Positions 9,058 to 19,077 of a DNA stretch of 64,000 nucleotides are shown piece by piece (position 1 is the stretch's first letter; every line of letters starts with the position of its first letter). Source of the stretch: Acidobacteriota bacterium (lineage in GTDB: Bacteria; Acidobacteriota; UBA890; WLXD01). Made by a program: the position numbers and the translations under genes. The stretch is taken from positions 64,001 through 128,000 of the forward strand of contig CBDBHB010000009.1 in assembly GCA_965205505.1 (NCBI GenBank), given 5' to 3'. The notes below the pieces were generated by a model. That model had not been told where the DNA came from. It made no database searches and worked only from the letters and a program-made list of their open reading frames with translations.

Positions 9058-9908
9058 AGCCGGCGCGCAAGCGCGAGGTGGTGCGGTACCTGCAGGACGG
9101 GTTCCGTGTCAGTGAGCGTCGAGCGTGTCGGCTGATCGAGTTGTCGCGCACCAGCCATCGGTATCAGAGCACAAGGACGGACGACCCCGTGCTGCGGCGT
9201 CGTCTTGGCGAGCTCGCCGCGGCGCGTCCGCGGTTCGGGTATCGGAGGTTGTGCGTGTTGCTACGCCGCGAGGGATGGGTAGTGAACCAGAAGCGCGTGT
9301 ATCGGATCTATCGAGAGGAGGGGCTGGAGGTACGGACCAAAAAGCGACGGCGCAAGCGGGCGAGTCACATACGGCTTGTGCTGCCGCCCGCAGAGCGGCC
9401 CAACGAGCGCTGGAGCATGGACTTCGTGACCGATCGGCTCGAGAGTGGCCGGCCGTTTCGGGTGCTGACGGTGGTCGATCAGTTTAGCCGTGAATGTCCG
9501 TTACTTGAGCCGGGCGTGTCGATGACCGGCAAGGCGGTGGCTGGAGCACTCGAGCGGCTGTCGTTTGCCGGGCCGTTGCCACGGGTCATCACCGTCGACA
9601 ATGGCTCAGAATTCTACTCCCAGGCGATGGACTCCTGGGCGTACCGGAGAGGCGTGCAGTTGGAGTTCATTCGGCCGGGAAAGCCCGTGGAGAATGCGTT
9701 CATCGAGAGTTTCAACGGACGGCTTCGCGACGAATGCCTCAACGCCAACCTGTTCTTCTCGATCGATGACGCGCGCCGAAAACTGGAGGCTTGGAGGCTT
9801 GATTACAATACCCACAGACCACACAGCTCACTGAACGATCGAACTCCTACGGAGTTCGCCAGGGGCTGGCAACCGGAGGCTTCGGAACACCGAATCCTAA
9901 ACCTCTGA
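9054..9908 (+). CDS. IS3-family transposase OrfB
   Basis: DDE motifs as in copy 1. Confidence 0.95.
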   Translation: MKPARKREVVRYLQDGFRVSERRACRLIELSRTSHRYQSTRTDDPVLRRRLGELAAARPRFGYRRLCVLLRREGWVVNQKRVYRIYREEGLEVRTKKRRRKRASHIRLVLPPAERPNERWSMDFVTDRLESGRPFRVLTVVDQFSRECPLLEPGVSMTGKAVAGALERLSFAGPLPRVITVDNGSEFYSQAMDSWAYRRGVQLEFIRPGKPVENAFIESFNGRLRDECLNANLFFSIDDARRKLEAWRLDYNTHRPHSSLNDRTPTEFARGWQPEASEHRILNL

Positions 9909-9934
9909 CTGGTACTGATTTCGGGGTGGGGTCA

Positions 9935-9984
9935 AGCACCGAGTTACTGAGATAAGACGTGGTACTAACCGTGGGGTCAGGTCA
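9935..9984 (+). mobile_element. 50-bp right-end stub of an IS-B-related element
   Basis: Reverse complement TGACCTGACCCCACGG...CTCAGTAACTCGGTGCT aligns without gaps to the IS-B right end (TGACCTGCCCCAAG...TCGGTGCT). Confidence 0.7.
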
Positions 9985-10228
9985 GAGCCACACGCGTCCT
10001 AGCCGGACTCCCGCCGCGCGAGCGGATGACGGAGTTGGTGCCAACGGCGCTGGAAGCGCTCCTCGACGCGCTGGAGGCTGGCACGGTGGCGGAGCGCATC
10101 AGGGCGGCTGCCGAGGTGCTGGACCGTGGCGGCGTGCCGCGGAGCTCGCAGGTGGAGACGAGCTTGCGGGCGGATCTCCAGCTCTCGGGAAAGGCGCTGC
10201 TGGAGCTGGCGGCGCAGTCTGCTAGCGC
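9985..10228 (+). pseudogene. C-terminal fragment of a terS-like gene, paralogue of 13767-14336
   Basis: RIRAAAEVLDRGGVPRSSQVETSLRADLQLSGKALLELAA versus RQRAADSLLDRGGVPRRSEVEQSVRAEMAVSGLALLEMAA. Confidence 0.7.
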
Positions 10229-10244
10229 GTGTCGTGTCGCTGTA

Positions 10245-11480
10245 TCACCGTACCTTTGACAGTTCGTAGTCCAGGTGTCGCATCGCCTCGCGGGCATACG
10301 ACTTCTGTTGAAGTGATTGTTCAAGCCTGCTTCGTTCGTCCCATTTGGTACGCGCATCATCCGAGTAGAACAACCAGATGTTGTGCAAGTACGCAACAAA
10401 GCTGTCTAGCTTGGCATCCATGTCGTGGCACTCGAATGGCGCGAACGACAAATCTGCGAGCTCAAAGTAGATTTCATTGATTCGCGAGCGCTCGGCGTTT
10501 GTTGCTGCGAGAAAGGCTGGTTCATCGATGGCTCGGTTGGACAGCGTAAGCAACTGACTCTCAAGCACGGCAAGGGCGGCTTTCAGCTCCTCGATGCGCG
10601 GGAGCACCTCGGAGAAATAGGCTTCTTTGGACAGCGTGTTTGTCGAGACATGTTCGGCAAGGAAGTCGTAGTTAGCGCTCCAATCGACGATGATGTTGTC
10701 ACCGACATTTTCGCCGTCGAATCCCATCGGCCGGAATCCTGACTCCAACGCCTCGTGAATCCAAATACTTCGGCAAATGTGGTTGCGTCGGTTGTGATCC
10801 TCGGCGCTCGGGTAGATAAACGTCCAGACCACGTGCGCATCTGAGTCGCCCCAGCGCCCCTCGACCATGTGGTTTCGGTGATATCTGCGTCTCTGGCCCT
10901 CGTTCGTAACTTGGCGCACGATCGCCGCAGCCTCCGCTTTGCTCATGCTGCCGTTTAGGACAACCTCAAACGAATACCGCTTCGCGGTGGCGTGGCTTGT
11001 GTCGTCGGTCTTGAAAATCGTAAAACGATCGGTAGCTACAACGGGGGTGAGAAGACTGGTTAGTGCATCAGCAGACAACTGGGCAATTGTTTGCTCTATA
11101 GGTATCGTGAACCTGTAACCTTCGCCGGTGGATGTTGCGGTGTCTGTGGTCACGACCTGCCAGTAGATCATCTTCCTGTCGGTATCACAGAGACAAATCA
11201 GCACGGGCAAAGCGTGGTTCTGCCAGTACTCAACGTGTTCCTTGTCCGTCCTGAAGATGTACCCACCGTCGCAGGTCTCTGACAGATAGCTCACACCAGA
11301 CTTCAGCTGTAGGCCCAGCAGTTGGCCTGTCGGCCGTTCAGATTGGACCAGCTCCGCGTGGGCGTCGATCCCGTAGTCGCTTTCTGACTGCTCGCGGAAC
11401 GCAAAGCCAAGCGACTCAAAGGCAGCCATTGCAATGCCGACGCCGATCCGTTCGGTGCGGTCACTATCTTGGGCCTTCAC
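10245..11480 (-). CDS. DUF4365 (PD-(D/E)xK-like) domain protein, candidate defence gene
   Basis: FREQSESDYGIDAHAE...GLQLKSG...YWQNHALPV. Lower GC than the flanks. GTG start after AAGGAG. Confidence 0.75.
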   Translation of the reverse strand: MKAQDSDRTERIGVGIAMAAFESLGFAFREQSESDYGIDAHAELVQSERPTGQLLGLQLKSGVSYLSETCDGGYIFRTDKEHVEYWQNHALPVLICLCDTDRKMIYWQVVTTDTATSTGEGYRFTIPIEQTIAQLSADALTSLLTPVVATDRFTIFKTDDTSHATAKRYSFEVVLNGSMSKAEAAAIVRQVTNEGQRRRYHRNHMVEGRWGDSDAHVVWTFIYPSAEDHNRRNHICRSIWIHEALESGFRPMGFDGENVGDNIIVDWSANYDFLAEHVSTNTLSKEAYFSEVLPRIEELKAALAVLESQLLTLSNRAIDEPAFLAATNAERSRINEIYFELADLSFAPFECHDMDAKLDSFVAYLHNIWLFYSDDARTKWDERSRLEQSLQQKSYAREAMRHLDYELSKVR

Positions 11481-11809
11481 TTCGCGACTCTCCTTGCGAC
11501 ATAACAAGTTGTGGGAGCGCCGGTTTCAGCAACGTTGCTTCGGGTGCGGGGCGTGACTAAAGCGCGGTCAAAGTCCTTCTACTGATTGGCGATCAAGCTT
11601 TCCCGAAGTCCTGAAACCGCTCGCATTGGCTCCCCTCCTCAGTGGATTAAGTACAGCTCGGTCTGGCGCCGCTGCGACCAAGTCGTTGTCCCCACGGCGT
11701 CGCCTCGGCCGCCGCCTCTAGCATCATTCGTACGCGCTGCCTTTGTCCCGCTCCGGGACCGGCATCGTTCGAGAACCTCAATCATATGCTGGCCAACTCG
11801 AGGCCATTT

Positions 11810-12300
11810 TCTCAAAAGTACGGTTACCGGATCGACAGCGGGTCCCCGGCCGGCCCGCACCCCCCCTTGAGGGCGGCGGCGGGGTCAGCTCGCTGGCGGG
11901 TGATCGCCGGGGCCGGGTGTCAAAGTCTGCTCTGGTGGAGGTGGCCCTCCTCACGCTAGCAGGGCAGCTGGAGTCCGAGGCCAAGGCCCGGAGGGTGCTG
12001 TCCGCGCTGATGGCCCGGCAGCCGTGACGCCGGGTGAGTTTATTGCCAAGTGGCGAGTTTCCGAACTGAAGGAGACCACGTGCAACCGTAACCGCGGCTA
12101 TAAATGGGGGAGTCGCGGTGAGTTTTGGGTTGTTAATGGTGGGTTGGCTTGTCGTGGGTGTCTGTAGGGCTCGCGCTCGCCCTGCGCCGGTTGCGTTTCG
12201 GCCGGGAGAGTCCGTGACCTCTCGCGCGACGACGGAACCGCGCGATCGCGGCCGCCGCGGGTTGGCGGATGGTGTACTCGTCGGCCTCGTGTACGTGATG
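11810..12300 (-). mobile_element. Decayed copy of the terS-like gene 3' end and its downstream conserved region
   Basis: Exact 24-mer at 12191-12214 = 13803-13826. CGGGTCCCCGGCCGGCCC at 11839 = 13569; GAGGGCGGCGGCGGGGT at 11869 = 13603; TCTCAAAAGTA at 11810 = 13528. Confidence 0.65.
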
Positions 12301-12361
12301 CGTTTCACAAACACGGTGGGACGCCCCCCGAACGGGTTAGGCTTCGGTCACTTACCAAGGG

Positions 12362-12598
12362 TTGGTTGAGGCGCTTCCCACGAGCTTGGAAAGGCGAACT
12401 GAGATGGTTGTTCCCACCGATGAAGCCTTCGTAGGCTACAACCTGACCTTGGCGAGAATCCATGCGCGGAGGCTCGGTACCAACCCGGAGGCCAACAAGC
12501 GGCAGGTGGAGCGGATCCGGGAGTGCCTGGTTGCGGTAGAGAGACACCTCCGGATATTGACGGAGGAGGTAACAAGAGTTGACGAGAAGCTGCATTGA
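12362..12598 (+). CDS. Small helical hypothetical protein
   Basis: Plausible coiled-coil composition; no family recognised. Confidence 0.35.
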   Translation: MVEALPTSLERRTEMVVPTDEAFVGYNLTLARIHARRLGTNPEANKRQVERIRECLVAVERHLRILTEEVTRVDEKLH

Positions 12599-12856
12599 AG
12601 GAAACGGGGGCCGGGCCTGGGTGCCGGTCTTCGATCATGGATCGCTACCCTTACCGCGGCAGGCGCGCGATAACGCCGAACGAGTCGGACAGCACGAGCG
12701 ACGCGGGCGCCAACACAAGCTCTAGGGCTATCCAGCCCGGCTTCCCGAACAGCACGAGCGACGCGCCCGACCCCGAGACACCTTCAAGGGACGTACCCGC
12801 GGCGGGGTCTCCGCGGCGGTCCTGAGCCACCCTGGCGCTCGGGGGTCCAGCTTCAA

Positions 12857-13453
12857 TCATCCACCATCCGGAAGAAACGCCGAACGCTCCAATCGCTCGG
12901 GAGTACGTTTGTCCGGCTGCAAGGGCTCCGCCGGTGCTCCGGGGCCTCGGGGCGGAATCTCCACCGCGTCGGGCGGTGGCTCGCCTTCGACCTGCACGAC
13001 GAGCTGGCCGCCGTCTCGTGTTGCCCGGATCTGGTAGAAGCCGTCCTGCAGGGCGTTGACGCTGCCCTGTATGCGCCCGTCGCGCACAGTGAGAACCACG
13101 CTAGAGTCAGGGCTCGACGCCAAGCGGCCGGCCCATGCGTAGGCTCCGTCCCCGAGCGGGTCAACGTACTCGAGCACCGCCACGAACCGCGCATTGCCAA
13201 ACAGGTTCAGGGTGACGGTGCTACCGGGCTCCGGGGCGCGGCGATCCGAGAATGACGGCCCACCGAGCAGCCGAGTGTTGACGCGAACGCGGCGGGAGCG
13301 GGTGACGTTGGGATCCGCCACCAGTGGAACCTGGCGGCCATCCGCATCGGGTCGTAACAGTCGGGGGGCCGCCGGTGGCTCCTGGCTGGTGGCCGGTGCG
13401 GTCAATAGCACCGCCGCCACGATAGCGGCAGTGGTTGGTCTGGCGATGCGCAT
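12857..13453 (-). CDS. Secreted protein resembling a stand-alone reprolysin/peptidyl-Asp metallopeptidase prodomain
   Basis: Signal peptide and RBS GGAGAGG. TLNLFG...WAGRL...VLTVRDGRIQGSV...YQIR pattern; no HExxH. Confidence 0.55.
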   Translation of the reverse strand: MRIARPTTAAIVAAVLLTAPATSQEPPAAPRLLRPDADGRQVPLVADPNVTRSRRVRVNTRLLGGPSFSDRRAPEPGSTVTLNLFGNARFVAVLEYVDPLGDGAYAWAGRLASSPDSSVVLTVRDGRIQGSVNALQDGFYQIRATRDGGQLVVQVEGEPPPDAVEIPPRGPGAPAEPLQPDKRTPERLERSAFLPDGG

Positions 13454-13766
13454 GGATATCTATCCCTCTCCTAACGTCCGGTGGCCCGGAGCGCTGGTAA
13501 GTAGCCGAATCACGCTAGAAGTTCGTCTCTCAAAAGTAATCCCCGTGGGACGGATACTGTATGAGTGACGGGTCCCCGGCCGGCCCCCGGGGGGGGGGGT
13601 CGGAGGGCGGCGGCGGGGTGCTCGATGGCATCGGCCGCGGGTATGGGGTCAGGATGTGGGGTCGGCGTCGGTCGCCACCCGTATCGCCCAGTGGTGGCGG
13701 GCTATCCGGGCTCGGTGATGGCGGATTCGCTCTCCGCCGACGTACGCGACACCGGCGCGCGCGGTC

Positions 13767-14336
13767 CTAACTTTCACCCTCAACGGCTCCGCTCTGCGCT
13801 GTTTGCGTTTCGGCCGGGAGAGTCCGAGCAGCACCGTCAATAGGCCGCCGTCGCTCGGAGTCTTTGATGGTGTGGGGCTCGAGTAGGGCTGCCATCTCAA
13901 GGAGTGCGAGTCCAGAGACAGCCATTTCGGCGCGTACGGATTGTTCCACCTCGGAGCGACGAGGGACGCCACCACGATCAAGGAGCGAATCGGCGGCACG
14001 TTGACGTACGGCAGCGGATGAGCTCTCGAGGTTGCGGGCAGTGGCTTCGAGGGCCGCTGGTGCGAGGGCCTTTGCGAGTTCTCGAGGCGGTAGCGATGCG
14101 CGGTGGATGAGTTGGCGCACGTTGGGGTGTGCGGCCAGCACCGAGGCTTGCTTCTTGGCGGTGGACTGGCTAGCAGCGGGGAACAGAGTTGAATAGGCCG
14201 TGGTTATGGGCTCACCGTGTGCCACGAGGTACGCGAAGGCATGGATAGTTGGTGAGCAGGGGTCGGAGCCGTAGTCGGCCAGGGCACGCTTCACCATGTT
14301 GGGGGAGGGCTCGCGTGTGGGGTCGAACTTAGCCAC
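13767..14336 (-). CDS. Terminase small subunit-like protein
   Basis: FAYLVAHGEPITTAYSTLFP...TAKKQASVLAAHPNVRQLI resembles the TerS HTH; C-terminal RQRAADSLLDRGG. Confidence 0.6.
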   Translation of the reverse strand: MAKFDPTREPSPNMVKRALADYGSDPCSPTIHAFAYLVAHGEPITTAYSTLFPAASQSTAKKQASVLAAHPNVRQLIHRASLPPRELAKALAPAALEATARNLESSSAAVRQRAADSLLDRGGVPRRSEVEQSVRAEMAVSGLALLEMAALLEPHTIKDSERRRPIDGAARTLPAETQTAQSGAVEGES

Positions 14337-14423
14337 GGTGGGAGCCTCGCTCTCGTGTGGGGCTCATGCGTCGTTCCTCGACAGAATGGCCTGCTCGCCG
14401 CACACGGGCGAGGGCGGCGCGCT

Positions 14424-14495
14424 TGCGCATTCCAGGCAGCTCAACGGTGCGCATTCCAGGCAGCTCAACGGCGGGCATTCCAGGCAGCTCAACGG
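14424..14495. repeat. Three tandem 24-bp repeats
   Basis: Invariant 21-bp core GCATTCCAGGCAGCTCAACGG at 14427, 14451 and 14475. Confidence 0.95.
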
Positions 14496-16141
14496 CGAGC
14501 ACCCGGCCCGCGGCCCGCTTGGCTCTTCGGTAGGGCTCCCTGGTAGGAGGTCGCGGCAGCTGCTCGGGCGGCGCTCGGCGGCCCACGATCGCCTTGTCCC
14601 CGGCAGGCGTGTCGGCGGCGTTTTCCCTGTCGGACCCGTGTGTGGGGAGTACTCCTGTCGGACCGTTCCCCCTTCGGGTCATTATGTGTACCTAGAAAAC
14701 TCCTGCGCTGTATGGGGAACTCGATGATGCACCCGATCGCGGGATCGGGTGTTGCTGGAGCGTTTGCTCGAGGACCTGGTGCAAAGCGCCGGCAGCGGTG
14801 CTCGTGACGATCCGCTTCGCGTTCGATCCGGAGCCAGCGGAGGCGCACGGCGCGGTCGATCGCTGGCGTGCACCAGCGCGGCGTACCGACCAACGCGCGT
14901 AGGGTCGAGGAAGGCACGTCGGGCCGCCCTTGCCGGCACCGGGCAAGCGTATAGCCGACGGTGCGCAGGAACGCGCGCCGCAGTGCCCGGTGTGGGATCT
15001 CGGCCGCATCGGCCTCGAGGCGGGAGCGCACCTCGTCAGGCAGCTGCTCGAGCTCGGCTGTGGCGATCTCCCGGAGCTTGTCAGGCGTCGGCATCGAGGC
15101 CTCGGTCGCGGCGGGGTTGCGCAGCAGCTCGGCGCCGCGTGCGTAGGATCTCGTACAGTCGGCTCGCCAGCCGCGCAACTCGGCCCACGTGGCGCTCTGG
15201 AACGTGATCGCATCGAAGGCCTCGAGCGTTGTATCTAGGTCGAGGTCGGCTGCGTGCGCAAAATGCCCGATGGCGCGAGCGGTCGCGTTGCGGCAGCCCG
15301 GTTGTACCGATCCGGAGCGCAGCAGCTGTGCGATCTCGCGCGGCTCGTTCCACGGTAGCGGCCCGACGGATCCGAAGCGCGGCCGCTCACCGCCCGCGGC
15401 CTCCGCGAGCTCGTAGCGCTCGGCGCGTGCCTCGGCTGCGGCTGCGATCGCCTCCAGCGGCGATGGTGCCCGATTTAGGCAGGTCTCCGCACCCGGACCT
15501 GCGGCGAAGGATCCGCGAGTGTCCTGCGCCATCCTCGGGACACGAATCGGACACCTGCGCACCCGGAGCCGGTCACAGGTGCCGCGCAGCTTGAGAATCG
15601 AGCGCAGCTGCTCGGCAGGCGATTCCTTAAGCTCCGCACCCGTGACAGGGTCGAGCCGGGCGGCGTCAAGGCCGGCCGGTAGACGACAAGCACCCACCAG
15701 GATCTCGCACCACTGCCCCGGCGGCGCCCCCGGCTTGGCGCGCAACAGACGCCGCACGTGCTCGGCCGCCTCGTCCGCCGGCATCGGCCGATCCAGCAGC
15801 ACGTATACGTGCATCGATTGCTCGCGGTTGCAACTCGGCCGCGTGGCGAACCACACGGGCACGCCGGCGGCGCGGATCTCGCGCAGCGCTTCGTGTCGTG
15901 TCTCCGGGTCGCAGAGGTGCCGTGGCCCGTCGTAGTCGATCACCAGGTGACGAACGCGCCCACGCGCATCTTGCAACGGCGCGCCGAGCACCAGCTGGTG
16001 CAACCAGTGAGCCGCGGCGAGCGGCGGCAGGATCACGAGGCCACGGTGCCCGGACACTTCCTTGTTCCAGCGGCCGCGGCTGTCGCGGATCGTTTGAAAG
16101 AACCTCGAGCCCGAGGAGGTGTCGTCGCCGACGTGCGGCAC
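14489..16141 (-). CDS. AEP-superfamily primase/replicase (Rep) with PriCT-like and HTH-like regions
   Basis: LVIDYD (motif I), SMHVY (motif II), CEI...RLP (motif III), GCRNATARAIG (PriCT-like). The frame stays open upstream of 16141, so the start is uncertain. Confidence 0.65.
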   Translation of the reverse strand: MPHVGDDTSSGSRFFQTIRDSRGRWNKEVSGHRGLVILPPLAAAHWLHQLVLGAPLQDARGRVRHLVIDYDGPRHLCDPETRHEALREIRAAGVPVWFATRPSCNREQSMHVYVLLDRPMPADEAAEHVRRLLRAKPGAPPGQWCEILVGACRLPAGLDAARLDPVTGAELKESPAEQLRSILKLRGTCDRLRVRRCPIRVPRMAQDTRGSFAAGPGAETCLNRAPSPLEAIAAAAEARAERYELAEAAGGERPRFGSVGPLPWNEPREIAQLLRSGSVQPGCRNATARAIGHFAHAADLDLDTTLEAFDAITFQSATWAELRGWRADCTRSYARGAELLRNPAATEASMPTPDKLREIATAELEQLPDEVRSRLEADAAEIPHRALRRAFLRTVGYTLARCRQGRPDVPSSTLRALVGTPRWCTPAIDRAVRLRWLRIEREADRHEHRCRRFAPGPRANAPATPDPAIGCIIEFPIQRRSFLGTHNDPKGERSDRSTPHTRVRQGKRRRHACRGQGDRGPPSAARAAAATSYQGALPKSQAGRGPGARR

Positions 16142-16557
16142 CAGCGCACGTAGCGCTTCGGCTACCAGCTCCGGCGTCAGCTCGGCGGCGAGCTCCTCCG
16201 GCCGCGGGTGCGGAAAGCTCGGCAGCCGCGCCAGTACCTTCCGCGGCAGCGCGGCGCACAGGCCTCCGGTGAGCTCCGGGTGCTGGTGCTCCAGAATACG
16301 CAGGCGCTGGTAGCGTGTCGGCAGCCGCGATGACCAGCGCGGAGACAGACCCGCTGCGTGGTTGTCGCTAGGACTCTCATTGCGGCTTGGTGTCCAGTAT
16401 GACCACGATCCAGCCGTTCCTGAACTGGGTCTGTCGTACCCATGAGTTCTTGTCTGGTATTGTTGTTGTAATTGTATATACTGCGAAGTATCGTCGCAGT
16501 ATCTTGTTTTATTGCTATGACTTACAGAAGATGAGTGGCGGAGCGGAGCGCAGCCGG

Positions 16558-16905
16558 CTGCAACAAGCCATCCAGCTCAAGGCCGAGATCATGGTGGACC
16601 ACTTTCACGAACAGGTGCTGGCGCTCAACAAGATCGGTGGCAACGCACGCGCGATGGTGGTGACAAGCGGCATCCAGCGCGCAATCCAGTACTACCACGC
16701 GATCCGGCAGTACCTCGTGGAGCGCAAGAGTCCGTATCAGGCCATCGTCGCGTTCTCAGGCGAGCACGAGTATGGCGGGGCGCAGGTCAGTGAGGCGTCC
16801 CTGAACGGCTTCCCCTCCGGGAGGATCGCCGACGAGATCCAGCACGACCCGTATCGGTTCCTCATTTGTGCCGACAAGTTCCAGACCGGGTACGACGAGC
16901 CGCTC
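16558..16905 (+). pseudogene. hsdR: Type I restriction endonuclease HsdR internal fragment
   Basis: KAEIMVDHF...ARAMVVT...AIVAFSG...FLICADKFQTGYDEPL; truncated on both sides. Confidence 0.85.
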
Positions 16906-16960
16906 CACCCGCGCGCCGCCGGCAAGCAGGGCGACAGAATCGCGGCGCCGGATCGCGGCT

Positions 16961-17422
16961 TCAGTTCATTCGTTCGACGTGCACCCGGGCGACCCCTTCG
17001 TCAACCATGGCCAGCGCCTGTGCGGCGCCCATCGAAAGGTCTAGGTCGCGGCCTTTGATGAACGGCCCTCGGTCGTTGATCTCCACCACGACTGAGCGTT
17101 GGCTACGACGGTGCGTGACCCGCAGCCGCGTCCCGAAAGGTAGCGTCTTGTGCGCTGCGGTCATGGCGTACATATCGAACACGACACCGCTCGCCGTCTG
17201 GCGGCCATGGTACTTCTGACCATACCAGGACGCGACCATCACAGAAGCGAGCATCCCGGGCCGTGCCGAGGGGCGCAGCTGTGCCGAGCAACCGTTCGCC
17301 GCCAGCAGCGATACGCCGATGGCTATTGCCACAAGCAACCTTCGCGGTGCATCGGCTCTGCGCTCGTGCCCTGTGTACCCGCAGAACACCGATAACTTCG
17401 CCCGCCGAGCGAATCCCATCAT
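16961..17422 (-). CDS. rlpA: Septal ring lytic transglycosylase RlpA family lipoprotein
   Basis: ASWYG...TASG...TAAHKTLPFGT...INDRGPF...DLS; lipobox-like AANGC. Confidence 0.9.
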   Translation of the reverse strand: MMGFARRAKLSVFCGYTGHERRADAPRRLLVAIAIGVSLLAANGCSAQLRPSARPGMLASVMVASWYGQKYHGRQTASGVVFDMYAMTAAHKTLPFGTRLRVTHRRSQRSVVVEINDRGPFIKGRDLDLSMGAAQALAMVDEGVARVHVERMN

Positions 17423-17878
17423 CGCAACACCGCCTCGTCCAGTTTGTTGCCCAGCCGCGGTGGACACGGCCGGATCGCAGAAACCCACGGTGGCGCACCG
17501 AAACTGTTGCCGCTCCCACAATCGAGTGTCGGGGTCGTACGACTGACTCAGCTCGGAGGCGCCATCGATGCCCGTTAAGGGCCACGACGAGACAAGGGAT
17601 ACCCGATGCGGAAGTTACGGAGCGATTCAAAAACAGGCACTACCGGCAAGACCACGGTAGATTGCGGCCAGGAGCGGCCTACAGCGCCCCGGCTACCGAC
17701 GACCGAGCGGTTGGCGTCGTCCAAGGCTTGGCAGGCCGCGGCGGTGATCAGTTCTTCGGCCCGCTGTTACCTGGCGACGGTCTCAGGGAGTCTCTGTAGA
17801 ACACCCGTGGCGTTTCGGAAGTGCCCGGCGTGACGTTCTAGCGATTCCTCAGGGCGCCGCCCGGGAAGTCGCGACGGC

Positions 17879-18432
17879 TCAAGCAGGCATCGCCTCTCGC
17901 ATGACCTTAAGGTCGTCTGCCGTTATCTCCGCGTACGGTACGAGGCAGTAGTGCCGTTCGTCGAGGATGCGAACAGCGTCATCTTGGATAGTCACCTCGA
18001 AGAGAACGATAACGTCTTCGCCCATGAACTGAGCCGCAATCGGTCGGCAGATCAAGCCTGGAAACTTGTCCCCGCAGACGAGCAAGTCTTGTTCGAGTTG
18101 GACGCGGCCAAGCTTATCGGCACCTCCTTTGGCTTGCACTGGGATTATGAATTGAGCCCCTGTCTTGCCGACGCCAACGTAGACCTCATCTACCTCCACC
18201 TGGACCCCATCAACGGCTGTGGTCAGGTGGTTCTGGAGCGAGTACGTTGTCACCCCCGTGAATACGTCGATCAGACGGTTGTAGCGGACTTTCGCTAGCA
18301 GTGCTTGCTCATCGCCTAGCGCATACTTCCCGACGATCTCTGGTGTCGAATCTGGGATCTTTATCTGGTAAAGTCCTGCGCGCGGCTCGATCTTGGTCTC
18401 TTCGACGAGGCGAAATCGGTACACGCCCTTGG
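17879..18432 (-). pseudogene. Restriction endonuclease-like protein, 5'-truncated
   Basis: DEQALLAKVRYNRLID...QVEVDEVYVG...PVQAKG (PD-(D/E)xK-like). No native start. Confidence 0.65.
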
Positions 18433-18769
18433 CCTAGCCTCAGAGCGGCTCCGCGCAGCTCCTGCCCACTGTGACGCGAACCTTGCGGCCACGCCTGCCT
18501 GGGGTTTGTGCTTCCCAAGGGCCAGGGTCAATACTCTATCTCAGGCTTTGCAGACCAAGTCGAGGGTCGCGCTGCCGCTGGCACCTGATGGTAAGTCATT
18601 GGGCGTAATTTGTATCGTATATGTTCCGGTCAGAGTCGAATCTTCAAAGAGTTCCGAGGCCGGGACCGTTGGGGGGCGACCCCCCGGCGGAACGCCCGCG
18701 CTGGTTGTTGATGCAACCCGCTGCGAAAGCCACCCCGTTGCACGAGCAGGAGAGCATTCTCTCATCGAC

Positions 18770-19006
18770 GTAGGGCAGGGTCTCGAACCCGCTCAGCCAA
18801 CTCTCGTGATCCTGCCAAGGATCGCGGTCTTTGCGGCCGGTGCGCACGTGGGCGTCGCGCCAGGGAATGCACACGCCAACTACCGTCAGCGGGCCAAGGT
18901 CGGTCTGTGTGATCCCTGCCACGAGCCTCCCGCTGGGGAGCGCTTCGGAGCCGGCGGGATCGACTACGGACCACGGACGCTTGCTCCAGAGAAGCACTTT
19001 CCGGCG
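18770..19006 (-). pseudogene. Endonuclease/exonuclease/phosphatase family internal fragment
   Basis: RKVLLWSKRPW...VVGVCIPWRDAHV...WQDH. Confidence 0.55.
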
Positions 19007-19077
19007 TCCTCGCGGGCGTGCATGGCCTCCGACTACCAGGACTGCGAGCCGTAGGCCAGCCGCTACGGCGGGCTAGC

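Larger units (their letters stand above)
8714..9934 (+). mobile_element. IS3-family element IS-A, copy 2 (1221 bp)
   Basis: Inverted near-identical copy of 577-1797 with a few SNPs. Confidence 0.95.

Noticed and set aside
11620-11660. TGGCTCCCC motif as a further tRNA-like att site
   Set aside because: No T-arm or other tRNA structure follows; too short to support.
12689-12765. 17-bp direct repeat ACAGCACGAGCGACGCG spaced 60 bp apart
   Set aside because: Best explained as an internal duplication (ASLVL twice) in a small membrane ORF; only two copies.
14424-14495. 24-bp repeats as a second CRISPR array
   Set aside because: Units are contiguous with only 3 variable bases; there are no spacers.
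16387-17058. Functional type I RM system
   Set aside because: Only about 115 aa of HsdR; no hsdM or hsdS in the window.
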